This document shows positions 12,711 through 23,717 of a stretch of DNA of 64,000 nt, one piece after another. The position numbers were made by a program, and so were the translations under genes. Position 1 is the stretch's first letter. Each line of letters starts with the position of its first letter. Location of the stretch: positions 88,846,001 through 88,910,000 of the forward strand of contig NC_042997.1 of assembly GCF_006345805.1 (NCBI RefSeq), given 5' to 3'. The notes beneath the pieces were generated by a model. It ran no database searches. It had not been told where the DNA came from and saw only the letters and a program-made list of their open reading frames with translations. The stretch is from Octopus sinensis. Its lineage: Eukaryota.

Positions 12711-14892
12711 AGAGGTTTATGAGGTGGAACAAAGTATAGAATGATTCATGAAATGAGACATGGCATGGATAATAGGTGTCGTTGTATCTGTCAACGCTGT
12801 TTAATTCATGACATAATAGAAGTAACATTTCCTGACGAGCAGCGGTCGATATAAGAAAGATAGGTAAGGTTGATGTAAGCGATAGGAATGGTAGGGTTGA
12901 CAGTGAAGGGAACATGTGATTTGTGATGGCAGATCAAAAATTGATCATAGAGAGCAGCGGTTTTCAACCTCTTTTGCACCGTAGAGCGGTTTCGTGCAAG
13001 ACAATTTGTCCACAGACCAGAGAATCACGCGCATAACGAAACACTTTAAAGTGCATAATATAGGACTTAATTATTACTTATATAATACATATATAATGCA
13101 AAGAAACCCTGCAGACTGCGATAATCAATAAAATAAAAACAAAATTCAAAAATTTATACTTTCTGTATCACTGATATTGGTTCGCAGCTTGGTGGTTGAA
13201 AAACCTTGACATACAGTATTTGTTTGGAACAGAAGGAGCGAACTTAGAAATATTATCTCTTCCATCATATATAACATACATACATACATACATACATACA
13301 TACATACATACATACATGCATACATACATACATACATACATACATACATACATACATACATACATACATACATACATACATACATACATAGGTTATGATT
13401 TCCAAAATGGAGGCGAGCACCTTCTTCACTCTGATGAAGCTCCATGTTCCAGATCGGATGTATTACCAAATATGATAAATATTATTTTTAGAATTTTCAG
13501 TGGTAATACCATATAACACTGGAAGTAGAAACAGCTGTTAGATGGGATACAGTCTATTTGTATTGAATTAAAAAATAATAATTGATGTAAGTCAATTGTT
13601 GTTGATCAATATTTTGCCATTTTCTGTTTTCGTTATATATATATATATAGGGTTCGAACTTCTTTCCTTAAATATTTCTAAGTTCGCTCCTTCTGTTCCA
13701 AACAAATACTGTATGTCAAGGTTTTTCAACCACCAAGCTGCGAACCAATATCAGTGATACAGAAAGTATAAATTTTTGAATTTTGTTTTTATTTTATTGA
13801 TTATCGCAGTCTGCAGGGTTTCTTTGCATTATATATGTATTATATAAGTAATAATTAAGTCCTATATTATGCACTTTAAAGTGTTTCGTTATGCGCGTGA
13901 TTCTCTGGTCTGTGGACAAATTGTCTTGCACGAAACCGCTCTACGGTGCAAAAGAGGTTGAAAACCGCTGCTCTCTATGATCAATTTTTGATCTGCCATC
14001 ACAAATCACATGTTCCCTTCACTGTCAACCCTACCATTCCTATCGCTTACATCAACCTTACCTATCTTTCTTATATCGACCGCTGCTCGTCAGGAAATGT
14101 TACTTCTATTATGTCATGAATTAAACAGCGTTGACAGATACAACGACACCTATTATCCATGCCATGTCTCATTTCATGAATCATTCTATACTTTGTTCCA
14201 CCTCATAAACCTCTAACAGTGTCTCACTTGTAAGACATTGCACGATATTTCACGTCCTAAACAACGCGACGTCTCACTTCCTAGACAGCACACAGCATCT
14301 CACTTTTTATATACCATACAACATTTTATTTTCTAGACTATATACGTCTAACTTTTTAGGCATATTACTTAACTAGCATAGCGTATTTTAATATGTTCGA
14401 TACCATACAGTGTTTCAATTCAGAGCCACCACACACAATCTCACTTTTTAAACACTCCACAATTTCTCACATCTTATACACTGTAGATTGTCTCATTTCC
14501 AACACATCATACAGTGTCCCACATCCAGCATGCCAGACAGTGTCCCCTTTTCCCACTTGCTATACACCATACTGCGCCTCGCTTTCTATACACCATACAC
14601 TGCTTCACTTCGAACACATTAAACAATGTCTCACTTTCAGTACACCTCACTGTGTCTCATAGTACGTTATACAATGTTACACATTCAATACATCACACAG
14701 TATATTACATCAGATATTGTCTCACTTTCAAGACACTACATAGTCTCCCTCTTTCAGCCCACTGTATAGTGTATAGAAAGTGTCTAATTTTCTGAAGTGT
14801 TTGACTTAATAGACACTACTTTCCTATGTATCACACATTGATATACACCACATTGTGTCACGTTTTCTACACACCACACCGTATTACTTCCT
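12033..14892. repeat. Inverted duplication: 1222-bp arms (12033-13254 and 13671-14892) with a 416-bp spacer
   Basis: The arms were exact reverse complements wherever compared. Three ORFs (93, 89, 68 aa) appear identically on opposite strands. Confidence 0.97.
12955..13254 (+). mobile_element. hAT (Charlie/MER1-like) 5' terminal fragment, mirrored at 13671-13970
   Basis: cagcggttttcaacctcttttgcaccgtagagcggtttcgtgcaagacaatttgtccacagac resembles Charlie-family ends (CAGCGGTCCCCAACCTTTTTGGCACCAGGGACCGGTTTCGTGGAAGACAATTTTTCCACGGAC). Confidence 0.7.
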
Positions 14893-14908
14893 CAGATATT
14901 TGATCTCT

Positions 14909-14999
14909 TCCCTGAAGACGGAGGCTCGTCTCACCCTACGATGGAATCAATCTACAAACATTATTTTGGACCGCCGAGCCCCCAGAAACAGCTGTTGGA
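14909..14999 (+). ncRNA. Type I hammerhead ribozyme motif (imperfect) in a PLE-like end (14893-~15240)
   Basis: tcc-CTGAAGA-cggaggctcg...cgagccccca-GAAA-cagctgt-T-gga: 3-bp stem I, long-looped stem II, palindromic stem III acagctgt, GUU cleavage triplet. The 10.1-11.1 pair is a C-A mismatch. Confidence 0.55.
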
Positions 15000-15294
15000 T
15001 TTGTAATACTTTTCTTCAACCTCTTTAATTCTCTACATCACTTGTATTCTGTGTAAGTTGGACCGTTTTGCATGTAGACATACATTTTTTTGTGTTTCAT
15101 GCATTCAATACACTTTACATATTGATCTGTCTGACTTTGCTTATCCTTACATTTACTTCTATATCCGCTCAAGTTTAAATCTCTTCACCACTGCTAACTG
15201 TATTCTATACGGAGAATGCCTGATTCTCATCTATGAACTATACACAAACATGCACACACATACAGGTATATACATACGTACATACATACATACA

Positions 15295-15459
<165 letters not shown>

Positions 15460-15620
15460 CATATATATATATATGTATATATAAGAAAATAGTAAAGTGT
15501 GGAAAAACGACAGAAGGCTTAAATGTTAAAAAATATATATATTTGTGTCAAAATGTCTGGAGAATATTGGAAAAATGTTTTTCCTTTTCCTTAAAATGAC
15601 ATAATTTTAAAATTTTTAAA

Positions 15621-15656
15621 GAAATTACCGGTTTCGCGTGTAGCTTTTCAAATTTC
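15621..15656 (-). ncRNA. Minimal type I hammerhead ribozyme, U3-A8 core variant
   Basis: Minus strand: gaaat-TTGAAAA-gctacacgc-GAAA-ccggt-A-atttc; 5-bp stem I, palindromic stem III accggt, GUA triplet. Confidence 0.65.
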
Positions 15657-15874
15657 TTGTGACGTTATGTTTATATTGCATGGAGTTATCGTTGTTTTTA
15701 TTTCCAGGAGATTTCTAAATAAGGGGAGGTAGTGAGTGATTTCTTCCGGTGTAAGGGAGATAATCGCTTAAAAATTTTTTTTCCCTTTTCCTTGTTAATT
15801 TCTCTGTGTCAGTATGTTCGGATGGTTGAGTCTGGGTTTGTACTTTTCAATGAAGAATGTTTCCTTGTTCAGTC

Positions 15875-16714
15875 TCATTGTGTTGATGATCCGAAAGCAC
15901 ATTGGTAAAATGGGAAGATTAAAAATTGTGGCAGTAGTTGCTTTGCGCATTTCTCAATGTGCTCACTAAAAGGTATCATTCTATATTCTGGGAATGCAAT
16001 CTGTTGTCGATGCAGTGTGCATCTACGCCTGAGTGATAGTCCCGTGGAACCCACGTAGTCTTGGTGGCAGCCCGAGCATTTAATAACATAAATTATGTTT
16101 TCAGAGGCACAAGTAAAGTTAGATTTGATCTTAAATTTCTGTCCCTCTTTAAAGAAGAATTCTGATCCTTCCAATAGGTTAGGACACGTTGCACAGTTCG
16201 ATCTACCACATTTTTTTACTTTTGCATCCGTAATTTTAGAAGACAATTTTGCCTTTGTGAGAATCTTTTTAAGTGATTTAGGCTGTTTGTAGCTTTTAAT
16301 GATTTGGTGTATGTTTAGAATTTCCTTTAATTTGGGGTTTTTATGAAGTATTGGTAAATTCTGGGTGATGATGGTGAAGGCTTCTTTGTTTCTGGGGTTG
16401 TATGTAGATATGTAAGGTAGTATTTTCGGGGAAGGTGTGTTGTTGTGTTGGACTTTTCTTAAAGTTTCTATGTTGATTTCTGTTGCACGTCTGATCCCAT
16501 CCTCTATGAGTTGAGCTGGGTAATGTCTGTCAATTAGGGTGTTTTTGAGTTCTTGCAGTCTAAAGTTCCTGGTATTTTGTTCTGACACTATTGTGCATAT
16601 CCTTCTTGCAAGGTTGAAGGGGATGTTTGTTTTAGTGTGTCTTGGGTGGCATGAATTAAAAAGAAGGTATTGTTTGGCGTCTGTGGCTTTGTAAAAAATG
16701 TCTGTTTCAAAATA
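15875..16714 (-). pseudogene. PLE RT-thumb + GIY-YIG endonuclease coding fragment; 1-nt deletion near the C-terminus
   Basis: Continuous frame from the fold-back centre to GSSTQ*. The right arm shows the intact end, MRLNKETFFIEKYKPRLN. The first ~18 aa of the tracked ORF come from reading across the palindrome centre. Confidence 0.9.
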
Positions 16715-16723
16715 TTTTGTTTC

Positions 16724-17906
16724 TATTTTGAAACAGACATTTTTTACAAAGCCACAGACGCCAAACAATACCTTCTTTTTAATTCATGCCACCCAAGACA
16801 CACTAAAACAAACATCCCCTTCAACCTTGCAAGAAGGATATGCACAATAGTGTCAACAAAATACCAGGAACTTCAGACTGCAAGAACTCAAAAACACCCT
16901 AATTGACAGACATTACCCAGCTCAACTCATACAGGATGGGATCAGACGTGCAACAGAAATCAACATAGAAACTTTAAGAAAAGTTCAACACAACAACACA
17001 AGCCTTCACCATCATCACCCAGAATTTACCAATACTTCATAAAAACCCCAAATTAAAGGAAATTCTAAACATACACCAAATCATTAAAAGCTACAAACAG
17101 CCTAAATCACTTAAAAAGATTCTCACAAAGGCAAAATTGTCTTCTAAAATTACGGATGCAAAAGTAAAAAAATGTGGTAGATCGAACTGTGCAACGTGTC
17201 CTAACCTATTGGAAGGATCAGAATTCTTCTTTAAAGAGGGACAGAAATTTAAGATCAAATCTAACTTTACTTGTGCCTCTGAAAACATAATTTATGTTAT
17301 TAAATGCTCGGGCTGCCACCAAGACTACGTGGGTTCCACGGGACTATCACTCAGGCGTAGATGCACACTGCATCGACAACAGATTGCATTCCCAGAATAT
17401 AGAATGATACCTTTTAGTGAGCACATTGAGAAATGCGCAAAGCAACTACTGCCACAATTTTTAATCTTCCCATTTTACCAATGTGCTTTCGGATCATCAA
17501 CACAAATGAGACTGAACAAGGAAACATTCTTCATTGAAAAGTACAAACCCAGACTCAACCATCCGAACATACTGACACAGAGAAATTAACAAGGAAAAGG
17601 GAAAAAAAATTTTTAAGCGATTATCTCCCTTACACCGGAAGAAATCACTCACTACCTCCCCTTATTTAGAAATCTCCTGGAAATAAAAACAACGATAACT
17701 CCATGCAATATAAACATAACGTCACAAGAAATTTGAAAAGCTACACGCGAAACCGGTAATTTCTTTTAAAATTTTAAAATTATGTCATTTTAAGGAAAGG
17801 GAAAAAAAATTTTTCCAATATTCTCCAGACATTTTGACACAAATATATATATTTTTTAACATTTAAGCCTTCTGTCGTTTTTCCACACTTTACTATTTTC
17901 TTATAT
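16724..17906 (+). mobile_element. Right arm of the PLE fold-back (same truncation point; 53-nt and 1-nt internal deletions)
   Basis: Reverse complement of 15480-16714 around a 9-nt loop (ttttgtttc, 16715-16723). ORF 17137-17589 encodes the GIY-YIG domain with an intact C-terminus. Confidence 0.92.
17728..17763 (+). ncRNA. Minimal type I hammerhead ribozyme, U3-A8 core variant (mirror of 15621-15656)
   Basis: gaaat-TTGAAAA-gctacacgc-GAAA-ccggt-A-atttc. Confidence 0.65.
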
Positions 17907-17957
17907 ATTCACCCACGTGCTTTACCAAACAAACTTTCTTATCTATCTATCTATCTA

Positions 17958-18056
<99 letters not shown>

Positions 18057-18593
18057 GCATACAGGCACATACATAGAGAAAGATGTGTGTTACATACACA
18101 TATACATACAAACACGCGAATGTGCACGAGCACACACACACGCTCGTACGCATATTATTTTTGATTTAAGCAACATTCATCTTCATTGAATTATCAACTA
18201 GATATCCAAGTAGATCAGTTATTTCTGCAAACAGCAGTAACATGTACCATTCAATAATCACAGTCCAGCTGGCGTCAGACATTATACTAGAACGTGCGAA
18301 GATTTCCATTTTTTTTTCTTACGTTTTATTTTATTTTATTCTGTCTTGTTTTGTTTTGTTTTGTTTGCTGTTGGCTTTGATTCGTCCAGCTAGTGGCCAA
18401 GTGAAGTAACGAATCCAATCACACCTACCGTCAACACTTCGTGTGAACATTTCGAGCAGAAGCTATCGACGTATAAGGTCAAATGTCTAAATTCTTAGCC
18501 CTGTCACCACTGTCTGTCAGTGTGAAACTCTTTTCCATGTATGCATATGTATGTGAGAGAGTGTGTGTTGTATATTTGTGTGTGTGTGTGTGT

Positions 18594-18644
<51 letters not shown>

Positions 18645-18904
18645 GTATTTGTGAGCATTGTATAAATATGTGCGCGTCTCTGTTGGAATTGCTAGTCTGT
18701 TCATGTACCTACTTACGTCTTCCATATATGCACGCATCTGTTTTTATGCATTTATGTATGAATGTATGTATCTATGTATCTATGTATGAACGCATGTAGG
18801 TATGTGTGCATGTATGTATGTATGTATGTATGTATGTATGTATGTATGTATGTATGTATGTATGTATGCATGTATGTATGTATATATATATGTGCGCGTA
18901 TGAA

Positions 18905-19233
18905 GGTGCATGGCTCACTGGTTAGAGCGTCGAGCTTACGGTCGTGAGGTTGTGAGTTCGATTTCCGGACCGGGCTGCGTGTTGTGTTCTTGAGCAAGAC
19001 ACTTTATTTCAAGCTGCTCCTGTTAACTCAGCTGTAGGAATGAGTTGCGACATCAGTGGTGCCAAGCTGTATCGACGTTTGCTTGGATAACATCAGTTGT
19101 GTGGAGAGGGGAGGGCGGTATGCATGGGTGACTGCTGGTCTTCCATAAACAACCTTGCCCGGACTTGTGCCTCGGAGGTTAACTTTCTAGTTGCAATCCC
19201 ATGGTCATTCATGACCGAAGGGGGTCTCCTCCT
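18905..19233 (+). mobile_element. tRNA-derived SINE (family C)
   Basis: Head ggtgcatggctcactggttagagcg...gtgagttcgatttcc (A/B boxes), core gtgttcttgagcaagacacttt. Confidence 0.8.
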
Positions 19234-19278
19234 CTATGTGTGTATGTATGTGGGTGTTTGTAGCTATATCTCTCTATC

Positions 19279-19339
<61 letters not shown>

Positions 19340-19348
19340 ATATATATA

Positions 19349-19427
<79 letters not shown>

Positions 19428-19484
19428 CAAGATAAGGGAAAAAGAAAAATTCTAATGCCAAATATGCCGAAAAAAAAAAAATTT

Positions 19485-19720
19485 GGAGGCGCAATGGCCT
19501 AGTGGTTAGGGCAGCGGACTCGCGGTCGCAGGATCGCGGTTTCGATTCTCAGACCGGGCGTTGTGTGTGTTTATTGAGCGAAAAAACACCTAAAAGCTCT
19601 ACGAGGCTCCGGCAGGGGGTGGTGATCCCTGCTGTACTCTTTCACCACAATGGCGGTGCCCCAGCATGGCCACAGCTCAAGAGCTGAAACTGGAAAAACA
19701 AAAAACAAACAAAACAAACC
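19485..19720 (+). mobile_element. tRNA-derived SINE (family D) sharing the 3' tail of family B
   Basis: ggaggcgcaatggcctagtggttagggcagcggactc...ggtttcgattctc head; 3' ggcggtgccccagcatggccacagctcaagagctgaaac and an A-rich tail. Confidence 0.8.
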
Positions 19721-19831
19721 ATTATAATGGTTTTCTATTTTGGATATATTTGGGGTACTTAGGTCTGCTCAGGACTTAGTGCTTGCTTTTTCCATGGGTA
19801 TGAGTAAGTATTTCACTTATATCTCACGTAG

Positions 19832-19892
19832 TTATCGCTGAAGAGGGGAAAATTCTTATGAATTAACCCCGAAATTGGGACCAATACGGTAA
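19832..19892 (+). ncRNA. Canonical type I hammerhead ribozyme
   Basis: ttatcg-CTGAAGA-gggg(aaaattcttatgaattaa)cccc-GAAA-ttgg-ga-ccaa-T-A-cggtaa: 6-bp stem I (one G-U), G-C stem II, near-palindromic stem III, AUA triplet, predicted cut after 19886. Confidence 0.8.
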
Positions 19893-20108
19893 TAACGGAT
19901 TTTTTAGAAATTTCTATCGGTTTGTTTCGAGACGCATAAATTATAATGGTTATTGACAATTTTTGTCTTTTTTTTCGGCATATTTGGCATTAGAATTTTT
20001 CCTTTGTCCTTATCTTGTAAATTATTTATAAATTTAACCTTTAAAGGTATTTTTTGATATGCTGGCCATTGATAAAATTTTTTTTCCCGAAAAAAATTTT
20101 TTCCTACA

Positions 20109-20173
<65 letters not shown>

Positions 20174-20319
20174 TGTATGTGTGTATGTATGCATGTATGC
20201 ATGCCGTGTGGTTACTCCAACAGGACGTCATCCAATTCATGTAAAAAATAAAGAATACACTAGCAAAAAATCAAAACAAAACTGGTCCTAAAAATATATA
20301 TCTCAATCGCATACATCTA

Positions 20320-20725
20320 GGCACAGGCGTGGCTGAGTGGTAAGAAGCTTGCTTCCCAACCGCATGGTTCCAGGTTCAGTCCCACTGCGTGGCACTTTCG
20401 GCAAGTGTCTTCTACTATAGCCTCGGACCGACTAAAGCGTTGAGTGGATTTGGTAGATGGAAACTGAAAGAAGTCCGTCGTGTATATATATATATATGCA
20501 TGTGTGTATGTATGTATTTGTGTGTCTGTGCTTATCCCCACCATCATTGCTTGACAACTGATGTTGGTGTGTTTACGTCCCCATAACTTAGCGGTTCGGT
20601 AATAGAACCGATAGAATAAGTACTAGGCTTACAAAGAATGAGTCCTGGGGTCGATTTGTTCGACTAAAGATGGTGCTCCAGCATGGCCGCAGTCAACTGA
20701 CTGAAATAAATATAAGAATAAAAGA
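20320..20725 (+). mobile_element. Full-length CORE-type SINE (family B)
   Basis: ggcacaggcgtggctgagtggtaag...ggttcagtcccactgcgtggc...tggtgctccagcatggccgcagtcaactgactgaaa. Confidence 0.88.
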
Positions 20726-20977
20726 AACTCATTTATATGAAGAAAAGGAGAAACAAGCAAAATAACGATATTATTAATCTAACTGTCCTTCCAAATATAT
20801 TAATGTGCTGTATTTTGTAATGTGTGGTGGTGGTAATGTAGAACAGTGTAAACATGTAATGTGATGGTAACATAGTGTGGTGGGAAAATGATGTGGTGGT
20901 AATGTGATAATGTAGTGTGATGGTAATGCAATTTGATGGTAATATAGTTTGTTAATAATATCATGTCCTGGCAATAA

Positions 20978-21195
20978 GGCAGTGAGCCGACAGTATTGGT
21001 AGCACGCCGGACGAAATGAATGCTTAGCGGCATTTCGTCCGTCTTCATGTTCTGAGTTCAAAATCCGCCGAAGTCAACTTTACTTTTCATCCTTTCGGGG
21101 TCGATAAAGTAAGTGCCAGTTGAGTACTGGGGTCGATGTAATCGGCTTACCCTCTCTCCCGAAACTGCTGACCTTGTGCCAAAATTTGAAATCAA
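20978..21195 (+). mobile_element. SINE family A monomer
   Basis: Family A head and body with the gccttgtgccaaaatttgaaa tail. Confidence 0.85.
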
Positions 21196-21329
21196 TATTA
21201 CGTTTTGGCAATGTTGTTTGGCGTTATGGTTGCTGCTATGTATGCTCAGATGAGTCCCTGTGATAAACAGGTTGTTAGCCAAACGACTAGACGCCTGTTA
21301 TAGATCCATTTTGCTATTTGTATCATATC

Positions 21330-21900
21330 TTCGTCAAGTTAAGTACCACAAAACACACTCTGACGTGAAGTGATGATTGATATGAGGTCCTGTGTCACAG
21401 TCTGGAAATGTTGCACTCTTTCTATTGTCTTGTATATCTCTGTATAACCATAGATTCTGATAATGGTCGCAGTGAAGGCGGATGTCGTGCAATTTTTGTC
21501 ACCTAGAAAACTATTGGTATTGTTGTTATTTCTCTGTGTATTTGTTCTCTGTATTTGGGTTGAGTTGAATAGACTGATTTTAGGTTGTTGCTGTACTAGT
21601 GCTCTTCTGTGATGTATATGTATTTAGGTGTCTGGAGGTGTTTCTATGTAGTGACAAGGGCTATAGGGGAGTAACTTTTGTGCAATAACATCCGGTGCTC
21701 TTTTCATATCCAACCGTTATAAAGCGTAGTGTGCTGTTTTGTATTCTTTGCAGTTTAAGGTGGTTCGTTGTGAAGAAACTGGTGGGTAAGATAGGACTGA
21801 CATAGTCTACAATGGATCTAATATATTGAACATCTCTGTTGTTGTTTCTGTCTGTTATCCAAATATAGTATCCAAAATAAGTATGTATAACCATGTCAAA
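21330..21900 (-). pseudogene. Degenerate LINE fragment (I/Jockey-group-like, RT C-terminal region)
   Basis: YIRSIVDYVSPI...KLQRIQNSTLRFIT matches the .IRS.LDY.S..W...KLQ.IQN.ALR.ITG pattern. Confidence 0.6.
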
Positions 21901-22043
21901 TTATCTACTTCATACACCGTTTTCAAATTCATCCAGAGTTTAATATTTTCACTTCCACACTTACTTTTCTCTTGACACTAATCATGTAGAATCATACTAA
22001 AGCTGTGTTACTGTTATGTCTTTCTAATATTTATCTCCCTTAA

Positions 22044-22255
22044 GGTGATGAGATGACAGAATCGTTAGCACGACGGGCAAATGCTTAGCGGAATTTCGTC
22101 CGTCTTTAGGTTCTGAGTTCAAATTCCGCCGAGGTCGACTTTGCGTTTCATCCTTTCGAGGTCGATAAAGTAAGTATCAGTTGAGCAGCACTGATGTCGA
22201 GGTAATCGACTTCCTTCCTCCGAAATTACTAGCCTGGTGCTAAAATTTGAAATCA
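22044..22255 (+). mobile_element. SINE family A monomer
   Basis: gttctgagttcaaattccgccgaggtcgactttgcgtttcatcctttcgaggtcgat body. Confidence 0.85.
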
Positions 22256-22820
22256 ATATTTATCTTCTTTCTTTTAGCAAAACTTCTTTTATGGTCACCT
22301 TCATTTCAGTGCTGGATACTGATGGAATGATCTTCGGCCAATAACCCATCTCTGTATCCTCGGAATATGTAACTTCTTAACCGAAACGAAAATCAACTGG
22401 AAGAGTTGGTATGGCGGATTTACTATCACTGTCAAGTTCACTGCCATCTGACTAGGAACCAATCAAAGAATGATCAGAACATTATCCATGTTGCATTACA
22501 TGATACCTGATATATTGCACATCTGGTTAGTTAAAAGACAATCAGTGCTACACAGTATCCAGAATACCAAAGCTTGTTCAACACAGAATCGAATCCAATC
22601 TGATACGATCCAGTGTCATCATTGACAGAACTCTTCGCCCAAACTTAGAAAGAATAGATCTGAAATTCCTCATTGTACTTTGTGAATAAGATCATCGATT
22701 CCTGAAAATTTACTCTGACGAAACTACTAATAGAACTCTTTAGAAATATGTTATAATATGTAACAATATAATTTTATCTGCCCAACTGTATATAGGAAGA
22801 TATAATACGGCCAAATGGTC

Positions 22821-23041
22821 TACGAGAAGGTGCTGAAAAATTCCTGGATTTTCCTGTCGCAAAAGGCCTGACTGGAGACCCAACTTTCCAAGTTCCTTTA
22901 CAGGGCTTAGAAAAACAGAAGGACCGCTGCAATAAGTGTGTGAATCTGAGACTGGAATAATTTGAATAAAATTCATATTAACTGATTCTCCTGTAATTTT
23001 TTTTACTCAAAGCCAGGAATTTTTCAGCATCCCCTCGCATA
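22821..23041 (+). mobile_element. Mariner-derived MITE with TA ends
   Basis: tacgagaaggtgctgaaaaattcctgg / ccaggaatttttcagcatcccctcgcata TIRs; same family as 10343-10570, opposite orientation. Confidence 0.8.
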
Positions 23042-23484
23042 GAAATGTAGACGTAGAGTACCTGAAGAGGTTTAATGACTACAATACACTCCCTCGCATC
23101 ACACACAAATATATACACAAAATATGTTATTAGTTATGAAAATATAGTTTTGTTTCGGCTAAAGTTTGAATTCTTGAAATAATTTTGTAAGAAAAACATT
23201 TTTTTTTTATCAAAGTTGCCATTTTACATAAGGTATAGTTTTTATTCCCTCGCGGACTACAGAAATATGTATTCTTTAAAGCTGACCAAATAACTGCTTA
23301 AACACAAACTATTCTGGTCTGCAGATGTTAACTCTTGTCAATGTTAATGTAGAAAAGTATTTTATAAAACTTACGAATATAGGAATCATTTGTTAATTAA
23401 TGTCTACACTAACAGATGATACACCCATCACGTATACTCGTTTCGTAGAAATAAATACGCTTAGAAATAAATAGATATAAATAA

Positions 23485-23717
23485 GGCGGCGAGCTGGCAG
23501 AAATGTTAGCACACCGGGCAATTTGCTTAGCGGTATTTCGTCTGCTGTTACGTTCTGAGTTCAACTTCCGCCGAGGTCGACTTTGCCTTTCATCCTTTCG
23601 GGATCGATAAATTAAGTACCAGTTACGCACTGGGGTAGATGTAATCAACTTAATCCCTTTGTCTGTCCTTGTTTGTCCCCTCTATGTTTAGCCCCTTGTG
23701 GGCAATAAAGAAATAAT
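23485..23717 (+). mobile_element. SINE family A monomer with tail type B
   Basis: Full head, then tail ttaatccctttgtctgtccttgtttgtcccctctatgtttagccccttgtgggcaataaagaaata. Confidence 0.9.

Larger units (their letters stand above)
15480..16714 (-). mobile_element. 5'-truncated Penelope-like element (Neptune-like), left arm of the fold-back
   Basis: ORF 15875-16768 encodes the RT thumb (ETDIFYKATDAKQYLLFNSCHPRHTKTNIP...RRICTIVS), a Cys linker (KCGRSNCATC) and GIY-YIG (NIIYVIKCSGCHQDYVGST...R...LH). The 3' UTR abuts (TA)n at 15308-15482. Confidence 0.92.
19424..20113. mobile_element. PLE-type terminal repeat with a short inverted copy, bounded by (TA)n on both sides and interrupted by a SINE
   Basis: 19424-~19480 is the reverse complement of ~19965-20022. 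(TA)n lies at 19337-19424 and 20114-20170. Contains a canonical HHR. Confidence 0.7.

Noticed and set aside
16670-16906. ORFs starting MFGVCGFVKNVCFK on both strands
   Set aside because: The N-terminus is produced by reading through the palindrome centre and is not a real start.
22300-22740. Possible further PLE endonuclease/pLTR relic (IESNLI...TLRPNL; ctgacgaaac)
   Set aside because: Too degenerate to call; no HHR stems.
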